A stretch of 64,000 nt of DNA from the NCBI RefSeq assembly GCF_006345805.1, contig NW_021833114.1, positions 17,235 to 81,234 on the forward strand. Direction: 5' to 3'. Below the pieces are notes generated by a model that saw only the letters and a program-made list of their open reading frames with translations, had not been told where the DNA came from and searched no databases. This DNA comes from Octopus sinensis. Its lineage: Eukaryota. The position numbers and the translations under genes are program-made. Shown piece after piece: positions 48,481-60,799 of the stretch (positions are counted from its first letter, which is position 1; every line of letters starts with the position of its first letter).

Positions 48481-48999
48481 ATTAAAAAAAATATTTATTA
48501 CACGTCCATACAGATTTTTTTATAAAATATATAGCTATTTTTAGTAACCAAAATAGTCGTCACGATTTTCATACTCTCGTAAGGAAGCTATAACAACGTA
48601 ACAACATTGATAAGTTTACTTGTTGGAAAAAATCTGAATACTTTTTGATAATTAAGAAATATCTTTTGATAATTAATGAATTAGTTGAAATAAGAATTCA
48701 TACAGTTATCAAAAAAATAATTAATATTATGCGATTAACTCATTGATTTTTTGTTTAAAGTAATTTTTTAATAAACCAACCAATAACTACAAGTTAATTA
48801 ATTAAAAGCTTCAAGGGCGGGAAACCGACGCGATCGAGAAAGAGTTAGAGCGTACTATCGCAAGGGATATCGACTCATTGATTAAATCCAAAACGTTGGC
48901 AATTTACGTCACTTTTATAAATTAAGAAGATATGAAAAAGAATATGGTTTTATTGACACAATAGCGAGAGAAGAGATAACAAAAAATTAGTCCAAATAG

Positions 49000-49540
49000 G
49001 ATCGCGTCTATCGTGTCAATACTCCAAGTCCTCCAGCGGACTGATGAGGTTCAGGCCGAATGACAGTTTGATGGCAAATCGTCTAGTTTTTTTGAGTTTG
49101 GCGATTAGACTGTTACTTTCGTCCGTTCGATAATAGCCCTCTGATCCATCTAATAGTAGTGGCCGAACGCAGGTTCGATAAACATAAAGAAACGCTTCCG
49201 TTTTAAGGCGGAAACCCCTCAATCCTGTTAGAATCCTCGCATATTGTTTACGCTTGGCGTCCATACCTAGTTTGTAGGACCTGGTGATGTCTACTGTTAC
49301 TTTAAGTAGTGTAGGCTACTCGATATAATTAGGTTCCCACAATCTTCGAAAGTGAGTTTTCGTCTCGGCCAATCGATTCAAACCTTTATCCCTACAACAC
49401 ATTTCTAGTACCTCCAGGTACGGTTCAAATCTACTCCAAGAGAACCTCCTCCCGTTTCGGAATCCCCACATCGAGACATCAGTAACCAAAATGTCGTCGG
49501 CGTAGATAATTAGTCCCCTCGTAGAAAATAGCGGTTTTAG
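49000..49540 (-). mobile_element. Degenerate LINE RT fragment (Jockey/CR1-like)
   Basis: IIYADDILV followed by LYVYRTCVRPLL. Confidence 0.6.
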
Positions 49541-49859
49541 ACCGGGAATAAATTGATGAGCAGAAAAGATAACGAGTCGATTAACATCGTAATAATTAGT
49601 TAATTTGATTTTTTGTTTTAATAGTTTAAATCATTAGGATAATTATAAACTTTAAATTATTAATATGTCTCGTAAAATTTTTTATCAAAATTAGTTAATT
49701 TGAGAGTGGAAACGATTAACAAAACGTATATATAAATTGAGTTTTTGACAAATTGAGTTTGGCGGTTGATATTTGAAGTTTGTAATCACAAATTGACTTG
49801 AAAATCGTATATAAGAGGGTGGCACAAGCGAGATAACTTTACTAACGTTGTTTTGCGGT

Positions 49860-50370
49860 TTTATCGAAAATCTCCATCTAAAAATGGACATCCTGGTCGA
49901 GACAAACTGCTTTTTCTTCTTAAAGATACTGTTTATAAATTTTGTCGAAGTGAGATTATGTCAGTTCTTAAATCATGCTGCTAATGTTAGGTGAGAAAGA
50001 TTATGAACACCAGACCGGAATTAAGCCCATACGGACAATGGGAACGAATTTGTCTAACAACGAAAGGATTTCCCGATTGTGTGATGAGTATAGGATAAAG
50101 CATGTGACAGGTAGTACAAGGTGCCCTTGGGTGCAGGGGCAGGTAGAAAGACTAAACCAATCCTTGAAATATGTTGTCCTCCATCTGTTTGTCTGAGAAC
50201 CTCAACTATAAATGAATTGCAATAATATAAATGTTTATTGAACCATAAATGTCTTTAAAATTGGGGACAATGTTCTGCGAAGAGTTAGAACCGACAATAA
50301 TAAAGGAACGCGGATGCGTTCTCTAAATGAACATATGGATACGAGAATATATTATGTCAAAGGATTCTCA
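49860..50370 (+). mobile_element. Ginger-type integrase fragments
   Basis: HPGRDKL...LKSCC*C, HTDNGNEF, HVTGSTRCPWVQGQVERLNQSLK. Confidence 0.75.
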
Positions 50371-51250
50371 CCTACTGGTATTTTCCATGAAAATCTCTCT
50401 GAAATTGTGCACGGAAGCGGTTCGGAACATTGCCTTCGACTAAATTGGCTGAACCCAAGGCAAACTTCCTGTCAGGTTCGGAGGCATTGGCCGCATGCCT
50501 ATTTCTCATCAGTTTCCAGAAGTCGTCAATGGTCTTCAAAGAACTCTCTCTGGATTTACCGGTTGATGACCTGCAATAATTTTGGACTACAGCCAATCCT
50601 TTCTGAGATGTTCAGACAGAGGGATTGGTACGAGATCTGGGCAGCACACTCCCTTTCCATGCTACTGGATCAACACTGCCTAACGTACTTGCTTTCCGCA
50701 ACACACAAACAGTGGCTCCTGGCTCGTCGCCTTTCCGTCGTCATCAACGGGCTCGTGGTTGGATGACGGTCCCCTCACGATTAGAGTTGCTCTCCGGTTG
50801 GGTATTGACATCTGCATCCCCCACCGGTGTCGATGCAAAAGTATGCTGGATGTGAAATTTTTGCACCTGTGCCGCGGGAGCGCAGGCCGCTTGCCTCGTC
50901 ATGGGCACTCAACAACGTCATCTCGAGAACACTTAATGTTACCGGCTTCCTTGAACCAGTCGGTCTTGAAAAGGGGGGCGGCTTTCTCATTCCGCAGTGG
51001 AAAATGCTTCATCTGGGACGCAACGTGCACAGACACTTGCTCCGCATCCGCGATACTCTTATCCATATCTTCTCCTGAATCGCCTGCATCTTTGACGGAA
51101 GCCCTCAAAACCGAGAAGTACAAAAACTCGCCGCCCAACATTTATTTGTTCCTCTGGCATTTGAGCCCTCCGGAGAATTCGACCCTCAACATCGAAATTC
51201 CTGAAAGTCGTCTGTCTCCTTACCGCTCGCAGGAAGATGGATCTTGATGC
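50370..51250 (+). mobile_element. Degenerate CRE-clade LINE
   Basis: IRVALRLGIDICIPHRCRC...HLCRGSAGRLPRH...GKCFIWDATCTDT...KTEKYK. Confidence 0.75.
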
Positions 51251-51625
51251 GCTAGATACACATGAAACCTGGAAAAAAAAGCTTTATCTTCCAAGAGACC
51301 GACTAGGAAGAGGATTGGTCTTCGTGGTGCATAAAAGCGAGCGAATACTTATCGAATTTCTCAAGCACATTAAAGACTTACTATTTTTCTAGGAGAGATA
51401 GAATCCTGAAGGCCGTTGGATCAAAGAAAACATGGAACCTGTCGAGTATACAAACGCTGTATCCCGATCCATGAGTCTAGCAGGAGGCGGATCAGAAACA
51501 AATAGAAGGAAGCTGCAATCAATATTATCTGAATAAGATATTTTTCACTTTAATTGTTTTACTAATTTAAATTAATTTTATTAATTTTTGTAATAAGATA
51601 TTTCTTATTCCTGACGTGGGAAAGT

Positions 51626-52070
51626 ATGGAGAATTTTATTCAACAATTTTGGAACAATTATTGTGCGGGAATCAACGCGAATAAAGCTAATATGCACGTG
51701 TTTTACCATGTAGTTTTATTCTAACTTAATTACACAGGGACATGCAATAATGATATATCAAGGCACCAGACACGAGGGACATGAGGAAATAAAGAAAAAA
51801 TTTGAAGTAAGGGGTAAAAACTCCAATATTAGTCACTTCCTTTTCAACGTCTGGAATACAACGTATCCTCTGTCGATAATGTCCCAATCGAAAACGGAGT
51901 AATGGTCTGTATTACAGGGCTTCTCAAAGTTTGTCTATATATTTAGTTTAAAGACCGACGATGACAAACCTCTCGGGTTTTCCCAAGTGATCACACTCAA
52001 AAATATCAACAATTCTGTTCTTATTGAGAAGGATGTTTTCAGAATTGTAATTCACGATTTTTCTGTTTAA
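51626..52070 (+). CDS. NUTF2: Nuclear transport factor 2 (121 aa, 3 introns)
   Basis: ...EIKKKFE|SLPFQRLEYNVSSVDNVP...GLLK|TDDDKPLGFSQVITLKNINN...DVFRI; introns of 28, 26 and 25 nt. Confidence 0.85.
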
Positions 52071-52132
52071 TTTTCTTCTGATGTTTTATAGTTTTTAATT
52101 ACTAAATTTTTCTTTTATAAATCACGTTTTGT

Positions 52133-53204
52133 ATGATTTGTAGTCTGCAAAAGGAATTTATTAACAAATGTTTATTAAACAAGAAAGTAGTATTGACCTC
52201 ATAAGTCCTAGCGTTTAGATGGCAGGGACCTAGATAAATTCAGGCAAGTTCGCTTGTGGGTGACGAACGATGAAAACTCCGAAACGTCCACATGCAAGGT
52301 CTGTGCTGGAGAAACCTCAGTACTTGCGTGTGTCTCCGCAGAATTGGTGCCACCTCTTCATTACAAACCTAACCAAGGAATGATTTACTTGAACGTCTCT
52401 CCCAACGGTCCAAGGTATTTCTACATTTAATTATCAAAGACAAAATGTTGAGTGGTCTTTAATTAGCCGTTTATTAGAAGGCGTTGTCACGAATTGTGTC
52501 GACTTGGAGTCACTGTGCTTAGTAGCAGGCCAGCATGTAAGCGATTACATAATAGTGCAGGTGTGGAAAATATTTGTGGATGTATCAGTTTTATGTAATG
52601 ATGGAAATATCTCTGATTTGAGTAGTATTTGTGTATTAGCAGCCCTTCGCACATTCAGGTGGTTTTGACTAATATCTCCAGGAGACGAGTTGTTTCTTTA
52701 AATGGAGACGTCCTTGAGGTACTGATTTGACACTATGTTTGTAGTACTCAAAATCTGAGACGGTTGGCATACCTATTACAAATTATTCGTTCTGTACTAC
52801 ATTTGTATGTATTGGGTATTTTCTCTACTTGACTGAGTAGAGATATTTTGTTGGTTGATCCAATTACTGCTGAGGAGGAGTTGAGTAGTGGTAAAATTAT
52901 GGTCAGTGCCACTAGGCTTGGCCAGATTTGCGGCTGTGAAATGTCAGGTAATGTATCCCCCTCTCTGGTATATTCACAGTCTTTATTATAGATGGAACTA
53001 CTTGTCCAGAAGGCCGTAGATAGATCTAATCAATTAGCTGATCAATTTCTTCAGTTGTGTTCTTCTTCTCTTGTCGGGAGTCCACTGATCCTGGACGATG
53101 GAACGCAAGATGCTTTAATTGTCGAAGATACTCCAACTGTAGAGACTGTATTTCAGAAGCCTGTCTGGATAAAGGCTGATTTTGGAGTAGGGGATGACAA
53201 ATAA
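52133..53204 (+). CDS. EXOSC9: Exosome component RRP45 (299 aa, 7 introns)
   Basis: KK|RLDGR, VDLESLCLVAGQH|VWKIFVDVSVLCNDGN, FR|R, LLVDP..EEE; seven 23-26 nt introns give an open frame. Confidence 0.9.
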
Positions 53205-53519
53205 AATCTATTTTGGGAAATTCTTTCATTTTTTAAAAAAATTTTAGTTTATTGTCTTCTACATTATTTTTTCGGTTCCACCTATATTTGAGACACTGAA
53301 AAAGCTAAAAATTTACGTCTATTTAAAGATATTATCGTTTACACTACGACACTTTACATTGGATATGACTTTAAATCGCTATGACAAAGCATGTACAGCG
53401 CAATAGATCATATCCTTTTCTATTTCGTTCTATTCCTTTGCGTAACATGTCGAGATCTTCTCAGGCTTTAAGGTGTTTACCAATGCTTTAAAGCTCTCGT
53501 CAAGAATAAGTGGCAATGT

Positions 53520-53720
53520 TGCTTTCGGCGCAATTTCAGATGTCGATCTTTATTCGCGGAAGCCACTTTGATAGGGCGAAGGTACCAGTCTAGGTGACTC
53601 TCCATTCTTTTGAGAAGGATATTGGTTAGTATTTTTCGAAGCGTGCTTGTCGATCACATGTTTAAAGTTCTCGACCTTACCTGTTGACTTCTGTAGTTCC
53701 TGGATAGGTATTAAGAGTCT
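53520..53720 (-). mobile_element. Degenerate RTE RT fragment
   Basis: LIPIQ...GKVENF...SPYQSGFRE*RSTSE parallels LIPIQKP...VENLRP...SPSHSGFRTGRSTAD. Confidence 0.6.
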
Positions 53721-53893
53721 TTCTTTAAGATCAGGACTCGTTATAGTAACTTGGCTCTGATTTGATGAACGGCCTCAAAACTTTGCATTATGTTCGAGAG
53801 ACTCAATTTTCTTTATATGTCTATTGTTTCGTTACTTGATTTCAAATCCATAATGTATCTAATTTTGGCTCTGGTGGTTACTCTTTCCTTTTT

Positions 53894-54158
53894 CATACTA
53901 TTTAATAGTATGACTATCCAAACAGTATGAAAAAAATCTTTGCCCGTCTCTGCATCGATTTTGACGACGAATGATGCTAATGATGCCAACACCTGCGCGT
54001 GTGTTCTTCGACTGGTGAGAGAAGTTGTTAAAATTTGGGCGAAATTGAACAAATAATCTTTAGTGAGATTATTGAATTCCGCCTCATGCAAGTTAAACAC
54101 TCCAAATTGTATGAGAATTTTCAAGAAATTTTTGATCATACTATTTAATAGTATGACT
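53894..54158. repeat. Two 22-bp direct repeats, each a near-perfect palindrome, 243 bp apart
   Basis: catactatttaatagtatgact at 53894-53915 and 54137-54158. Confidence 0.9.
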
Positions 54159-54314
54159 CATAATGTTTGGAGTTGTCCGTTAGTTTAATGTTTTATTCTG
54201 AAATAATCCTGGAAAGATAAGGTCAGTAAATGCTAATTTAACCAGGAAATCATTTTTATAACATTAAATAGAATCGAATTAAGTTTTATTATTTATTGGG
54301 ACATAATCTTGTTT

Positions 54315-54457
54315 CCCCTGTCCTGGACCGCCTCACTTGTCTCCGCCTATTGGGATTCGGGATCTCTGGGAGCGTCCGATCTTCGCGTCTCGCTACCTGA
54401 TTGCAGCTGGCTTCCTACGTGTTAGTGAAGCCGGGGTAACATAACTAACTAACTCAC
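54315..54457 (+). mobile_element. Short GC-rich retroposed insertion
   Basis: 11-bp TSD taatcttgttt (54304-54314 and 54458-54468); (TAAC)n tail. Confidence 0.7.
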
Positions 54458-55361
54458 TAATCTTGTTTACGTACCAACACTTTTAAGTAAAAAATATCTT
54501 GATTAGTGTTGAACTGAAATGCTTAATGAATTGAACTAAGTCATCAAAAATATAATATATTTCGAAGAATATTGATAAATTTGCTTTCTACTCTCAATGG
54601 ATGATGAACTTTTATTCCCCAGATATATTTGATTGATACAGAAGTATAAAACGAATAAAGAATATTTAAATTCATAATAAATATGCTTGAATCCCCAGAA
54701 CTGTGTAAAATTAGTAAAAAGCGAATAGTCGCTGTCGATAACAACCAAATCAAAATTGTTTACAACCTGTGTTTAAACATGATTAAATATTACCGCATTT
54801 TATTTGAAAATTTTGCTTTTGAAGAAGTCGAACATTATGATAGATCAGAAATGCATTACAATTGGTGACCACATAATATAAAAATTTATATAAAGTGGAG
54901 AAAGTGACGTAAAAGAAACATCAAAGAGTTTTATTAACATAATGAATTGGCAAAATGAATTAAAAGACTATTCATGTTATATTCAAGAACAACAAAGACT
55001 CTTAGAAAGAAAAGTGAATAAAAATTTTCTTTCTGTTATATATAGTGAATAAATAAATTTAGTAGATAAAAAGGTCATTGGAAAGAACAAGAGACGCAAT
55101 ACTTAAAGAAATATACACAGATCACATCAAAAAGCTTAAACAGTATTTGGACGAATCTGATCCTAAACACAACTGGGATATACTAAACTAATTTAATAGC
55201 CAAACCAATATTATGATTCATAAAATTATTAGTATTTAAAACTTTAAACAAACTTCAAAAACCAAAATTTGATGATTTAATAAAGTAATTTCTAAAATTA
55301 AGAAAGAGATTATTAACATAAATATGGAAAATCCCCCTGCAATGATTTTGGATGTTACGGC

Positions 55362-57666
55362 CAGTGTTCCCTCTAAGCTGCGCGCGTGCGCGGCCGCGCA
55401 GCAGTTTGCACCTTGCTGCGCAGCGAAATTTTTTTCTGCGCAGTAGAAAGTATAATATTAAAAATTGCTATTTTTTTTAATTTTTTATATGAATTTATAT
55501 ATTCTTATTTTCATTTCAAAACGAAAACGTGTCTATAATATTGATATGAGACTTAAGAAAAATTCTCCTTCTTTTAAGCCGGAATGGTTGATAGAGTACG
55601 TCGAAACCTTAACACCAGATTTAAAAATTCCCCAACATGTGCAACTGGGTGATATTTTTAGTTTTTCCGAAGACTGCGGAGTTGTTTGTAAAATATGTGG
55701 CGACGCTAAAGCGACTTGTGATTTTGCGAGTGGAAAAACCTGGGATATATGGAAATTGGATTATCTGAAGAGACATATTACCCATAAAATTCATTCAGAT
55801 TCAATAATAAAATTAAGAAGAATTCGAGCAGGAACTGGAATCAGCTGCTTGCTCACAGAGTCTAAGGATGACCGACAGATGAGATTCAAAATGAGTGATC
55901 GTGCACGAAGTAAGATTGAAAAAGTGAAAATTCTCATTGACAATGTTATTTTGGCTCTCTCCATGAATGCTTCATTACTTTCTGTTATGAATATACATGA
56001 TCATATGGCAAAATATGTAGAACTTCCTGATAGCTGGCGAAGTAAAAATTATGCATTTGAGTTTGTTGAATGCATCGACTACGTGGTCAAAGAGATATGT
56101 ATGCAGGAAATTAGAGAGTCTCGGTTCCATACACTCATTGTGGACGAAAGCACAGATATATCCGTAACCAAAATGCTTATTATATATATTAAATATCGTC
56201 CTACGGGGACAAATTATCACAAAACAGTTTTTTCTAGCATAATGAAACTTACAAGTTGTGACAGTAAATCTATTTTCATTGCAATCAAGAAATTCTACAT
56301 GACAAACAATCTTGATTTTCAAAAGATGGTAATGTTTACATCAGATGGGGCATCCGTTATGCTAGGGAGAAGAAATGGCGTGGCATCACTGATCCGTGCT
56401 GAGGTTCCTCATCTTACTGAACAACATTGCGTCGTTCACAGACAAGATCTAGGGATCGATGATGCATGGAAAAAAAATAATCTTGTGAAAAATATTGAAA
56501 TATTACTCCGGACTGTTTATACTGTTTTCAGTCGATCAAGTATAAAAAAAGCTGCATTTCAGGACCTGGCTAATGTTGTTGTTGAAGATGTCGTTTCATT
56601 TAAGCCACTAAATGAAGTGAGATGGATGTCTCGGCATTTTACTGTTAAAGCTTTGATAAAAAACTACACAATTTTAATTGAATATTTCAAGAAACAGGTT
56701 GAAGATGATAATGATCCGATTGCAAAATATTGCTTAAAACAACTTCAAAATCCTCTTATTCATGTTGCTTTAACTGCCTTAAATGAAATTTTGGCTGAAT
56801 TAGCAGATTTGTGCACAGTCTTCCAAAGAAGCTGTATATCGACCATAGAAGCTGTACAGTTTGCCAGAGCAAAAATTTCGAAGCTGAAATCTCAATATTT
56901 GGATGGAAATGAAATTTACTGGAGTGACAGTGTGAAGATGTTGTTATCAACAACTGGTTATGGAGATACAAATACAGATGAAATCCTATGCTTTATCGAG
57001 CATGTTTATCTGCATTTACAAGAAAGATTTCCAGCTGACGAATTAAGAGAATGGGTAGCATTTGACACTCAAGCAATTCAAAATCAGACAAACTTTGAAT
57101 TTGGAAAAGAGGAGATAATTAAATTAGCGAAAAAATATGAAAATTTACTCTCTTCAGAAGTCCCACTCATAAAACTGCAGTCGGAATATACAGATCTCAA
57201 GTTTATTTTAAAAGAAAAACTGCACTCTGGTGCTTTGAAAACATTTGAAGATGTAATTTACTATATACTAGCGGAGAAAAAATTTTCAGCCACTGCAACA
57301 TTTGTGGATATTTGTGGCACATTTCAAGCGTCGAGTGCTGATGCTGAACGTGGATTTAGTTTGATGAACTGTATCAAAACTAAACTACGTAATAGACTTG
57401 AGATTGACCATTTGGAGATGATCATGCGAATCAAGTTCTATTTAACAAGTGGGAATACAGTGGATCTTGATCGAGTATACAAATTTTGGATACAAAATAA
57501 AAACAGAAGAGAATATCCAATTGACTAGACCTATTTTTTTAACCATTGGTTTTTTAATTGTAAAATTTCCCCCCCCCCAAAAATTTTTTGCACACGTCAC
57601 TTTATAACGCTGCACAATGCAATGTGCCCAGCGCGCATAGCTACCACTCGCTTAGAGGGAACACTG
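55362..57666 (+). mobile_element. Full-length hAT transposon (ZNF862/Tip100-like)
   Basis: 16-bp perfect TIRs CAGTGTTCCCTCTAAG; 8-bp TSD gttacggc on both sides. Confidence 0.95.
55546..57528 (+). CDS. Intact hAT transposase (660 aa from ATG 55546)
   Basis: Zinc-finger C..C...H...H; IVDESTD, TSDGAS, CVVH, RW, SSADAERGFS; no stops, no introns. Confidence 0.92.
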   Translation: MRLKKNSPSFKPEWLIEYVETLTPDLKIPQHVQLGDIFSFSEDCGVVCKICGDAKATCDFASGKTWDIWKLDYLKRHITHKIHSDSIIKLRRIRAGTGISCLLTESKDDRQMRFKMSDRARSKIEKVKILIDNVILALSMNASLLSVMNIHDHMAKYVELPDSWRSKNYAFEFVECIDYVVKEICMQEIRESRFHTLIVDESTDISVTKMLIIYIKYRPTGTNYHKTVFSSIMKLTSCDSKSIFIAIKKFYMTNNLDFQKMVMFTSDGASVMLGRRNGVASLIRAEVPHLTEQHCVVHRQDLGIDDAWKKNNLVKNIEILLRTVYTVFSRSSIKKAAFQDLANVVVEDVVSFKPLNEVRWMSRHFTVKALIKNYTILIEYFKKQVEDDNDPIAKYCLKQLQNPLIHVALTALNEILAELADLCTVFQRSCISTIEAVQFARAKISKLKSQYLDGNEIYWSDSVKMLLSTTGYGDTNTDEILCFIEHVYLHLQERFPADELREWVAFDTQAIQNQTNFEFGKEEIIKLAKKYENLLSSEVPLIKLQSEYTDLKFILKEKLHSGALKTFEDVIYYILAEKKFSATATFVDICGTFQASSADAERGFSLMNCIKTKLRNRLEIDHLEMIMRIKFYLTSGNTVDLDRVYKFWIQNKNRREYPID

Positions 57667-57689
57667 GTTACGGCTGAAGCAAAAAGAAA

Positions 57690-60090
57690 GCAAGTACTGA
57701 TTGCTTGAGGAAAAAAACCCGGTCGGATTCAAAGGAGTCTTTGATCACGGAATTGAACCAATATCAATTAAACAAAAAAATTACGATCGAGAATGGGACC
57801 GTGCACAAATCCTGATACTTATAACGAGTTAAGAAGAGAAAAAAATCGCATGTTTAAGAGATTAGAAGGAAAAGAAATCTATGTTAAGAAAATTGACGAA
57901 CGTGTCAGTGAAATTGCACAGAACGCAAATGTTTCGTGCTGTTCGCCTTTTGTAGAAAGCAGCTCAAAACCTACAAATATTTGTATTCATAACAGCCTAG
58001 GAAGAACTGTTTTGGACAATAAAGAAAAGACTGAAATTATTGTTAAACATTTTTCATGACTTCTGAATGGAAATGATTCCACAGACGTGAAACCATTCGA
58101 CAAATCACCAAGAAGTCTGAATTTACCGAACTTCACTAAGAAAACTAACTTGGCTATCAAAAAATCAAACAAAAACAGGGCAACTGAATTAGACAACATA
58201 CAGGGAGAAAGCCGTTAATACAAAGATTTTCAATATGGTATTTGAAGCACACTCGCCTTTGAAGCTTGGTGATTGAATTTTAATCCCTTTTCATAAACCA
58301 GGAAAGAGCAAGAGACCGCTAAAATGATTTCAAAATACTCTGGTTAAAAATATTCAGTGCTTTTGATACTATTGACAAGAAAAAATTGTTTCTGAAAAAA
58401 ATTCCTAACGAATTTAAGAACTTTAATAAAGAAAAGACCGAACACATAAGAATCACAAGAAAATTAGAATATATTAATGAAACATGGAGGGAAAAAGGAA
58501 ATTGGGGTTCTTACTTGCTGATAGTGAGTACATGATGTATAGAAGAGTCCTAGCCACTGCAATGTATAAGAAATGTAAAAAATATGGAGTCGGCCAAAAC
58601 TAAACAAAAAAACCTACAAATGAGGCTATGCAACTCATGCATAAAGCCAGCACTTATGTACAATTCGGGTATACGAAAAGTCACAGAATCAAGAAAATGG
58701 ACATTTCATCGAAGGCTATCACGCAATTTAAGCGGCCTAGATTGCCCAAAAAAGAGATTATATACAATAACTTGTACTCTATGACCCAATCGGTTCCAAT
58801 AATCACTGAAATTATCAAATCAAGATGGAGGCTTTTTTGGCATAAACATTCCCGCAAACATGATAATGAACTTATGATAATGAACAATTACTTTAACAAC
58901 GAAAAAAAAGATTGTTCAGAAAAAGACGTACAGTCACCCATCCTGTTGCTCTAAATCAGACGTCACCAAACTACGGCCCGCGGGCCGGATCCGGCCCGCG
59001 ACAACATTTTATCCGGCCCGCGCACTATTTCGAGATATTCAATTAATACCTTAATAATTAACTTAAATAAAAACTTTAATTAAAAAATTAAACTATTTTG
59101 CAAGATTTAATTCGAAAAAAAACTTATCAGCATTAACGTTAAATTTTTCTTTGTTGCTATGTCTAATATGAAAAGAAAGGTTGACCGCGAATGCCGTGTA
59201 TTCAATAAATTATGGGAATTGAAGTATTTTTTTGCGAAAGATGAATTAAAGCAGAAAGCTTATTGTTTAATATGCCACGAACATCTCTCTGTTATGAAGG
59301 ACGTCAGTTTTCACACTTTTCTTGTTTTAAAAGTTTTTGTGAGGCAAACTGTAATGAGATCGACATTACTTTCCAAATTGGAATTATCAAAGAATTAAAA
59401 CATCATTTTTTACATAAGTTTTCTGAACTTGACAAAATTGAAAGCGATATAATTTTGTTCGAAAATCCATTTTCTTGTAATGTTGAAAATGTTCAACATG
59501 AATTACAATTAGAAGTTATTGACTTACAATCAAATGAACAGCTCAAAGATTGTCACAGACGGACCAAACTCGCTGAGTTCTACGAATATCTCAAGGATGA
59601 TGAGTTTCCGAGACTAAAGAATTTTGCGATAAAGATGATTTCTATATTTGGCACAACTTACCAATGTGAGCAAACGTTTTCGAGGATGAAATATGTTAAG
59701 TCTGCCCATCGTGCAAGATTGACTGACGGACACTTAAAATCAATTCTCATGATAGGATGCAGCAATTTAAAACCAAATATTGATGAACTTATCAAAAAAA
59801 GATCACAGTTCCATAGCTCTCATTAAAATTTTTGTTTACTTTATTTTTATTTAAATTAGTTTTTATTGTAAAAAACACACTTATGAATTTCTAGTAAAAT
59901 TATAATCCTATGCACGTGCTCCGGCCCGCGTTCATTGTGTTGGGGTCAATCCGGCCCGCGAGTGCAAAAAGTTTGGTGACCCCTGCTCTAAATAATGATC
60001 TTAATAAAATTTTTAGAAAACTCAAATGTGCGGGCGACCTAGAAGAACTGCGAGCAAATGCGAGTAACAAATACCTATGGAGACGCTAGA
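57690..60090 (+). mobile_element. Degenerate RTE LINE, interrupted by a hAT
   Basis: CIHNSLGRTVLDNKEKTE, AFDTID, SRWRLF, and after the hAT LNNDLNK...DLEELR; colinear with 40766-42692. Confidence 0.7.
58957..59985 (+). mobile_element. Internally deleted Buster/SPIN-like (GTF2IRD2-like) hAT
   Basis: TIRs cagacgtcaccaaact / agtttggtgacccctg; TSD ctctaaat; N-term KRKVDRECRVF..W...CLIC fused to C-term FGTTYQCEQTFSRMK. Confidence 0.92.
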
Positions 60091-60356
60091 ATTTTGAAAC
60101 GTGTGACACAAACGAGACCTTTGTTAATTTACATTTTTTGGTCCTTTGAACGTTCTTTTAATAATAATATAAATGAACCACAAACACTAGCCGGCGCTTA
60201 TTGTTTAGCAAAACTAAACCTTTAAAATTTTTAAAAATGCATGGCTCATCAATGAAAAACCGATCGAGGTTTATCTTAAATAAATAATACTTTTTATTTT
60301 AGTATAAAATTTAAACTTAATTTAACTAAATTATTAAGCCTAATTGGTTGTTGGTT

Positions 60357-60584
60357 ATGAAGCTTATTCCCGATTTCCTAATCTACAAATCTGCGGCAGA
60401 TCACTTCAATCCAAAGAATGATGTCCACCCAAAAGTAAGAACAAAATATATACTTTAGGTATTTTTTGCAAACCGAGGTAAGAGAATTCGCATGTATGCT
60501 GTCGCATGTGCTTTCTTTGGGTGTGCATTCAATCTGCCATTCTTTATTGCCAATTACAAGATTAAACAAACTGGTTATAACTAA
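60357..60584 (+). CDS. COX7C: Cytochrome c oxidase subunit VIIc (67 aa, one 24-nt intron)
   Basis: ...VHPK|VFFANRGKRIRMYAVACAFFGCAFNLPFFIANYKIKQT matches the COX7C FG.AF..PF pattern. Confidence 0.72.
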
Positions 60585-60799
60585 TTACTAATTTTATTAA
60601 TTGGTTAACTATAATTTGTTTATGTCATTTCTTTATTGAATTTATATTTTTGTCTACTCTCTTATCGTTTATTACGATATAGTCTATACTTCCTGCCAAC
60701 ATCAGCTATGCAACCCGATAGAATTACTCGTTAGAAAAAATCAAGAAGTATGAAAGCTCTCTATTTAGTTTATTACGATTTGATCAAATAGCCGTTGAG

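Noticed and set aside
49025-49070. Hammerhead-like GTC...CTGATGAG...CGAA motif
   Set aside because: GAAT replaces the essential GAAA, stem III cannot form, and it lies antisense within a LINE coding remnant.
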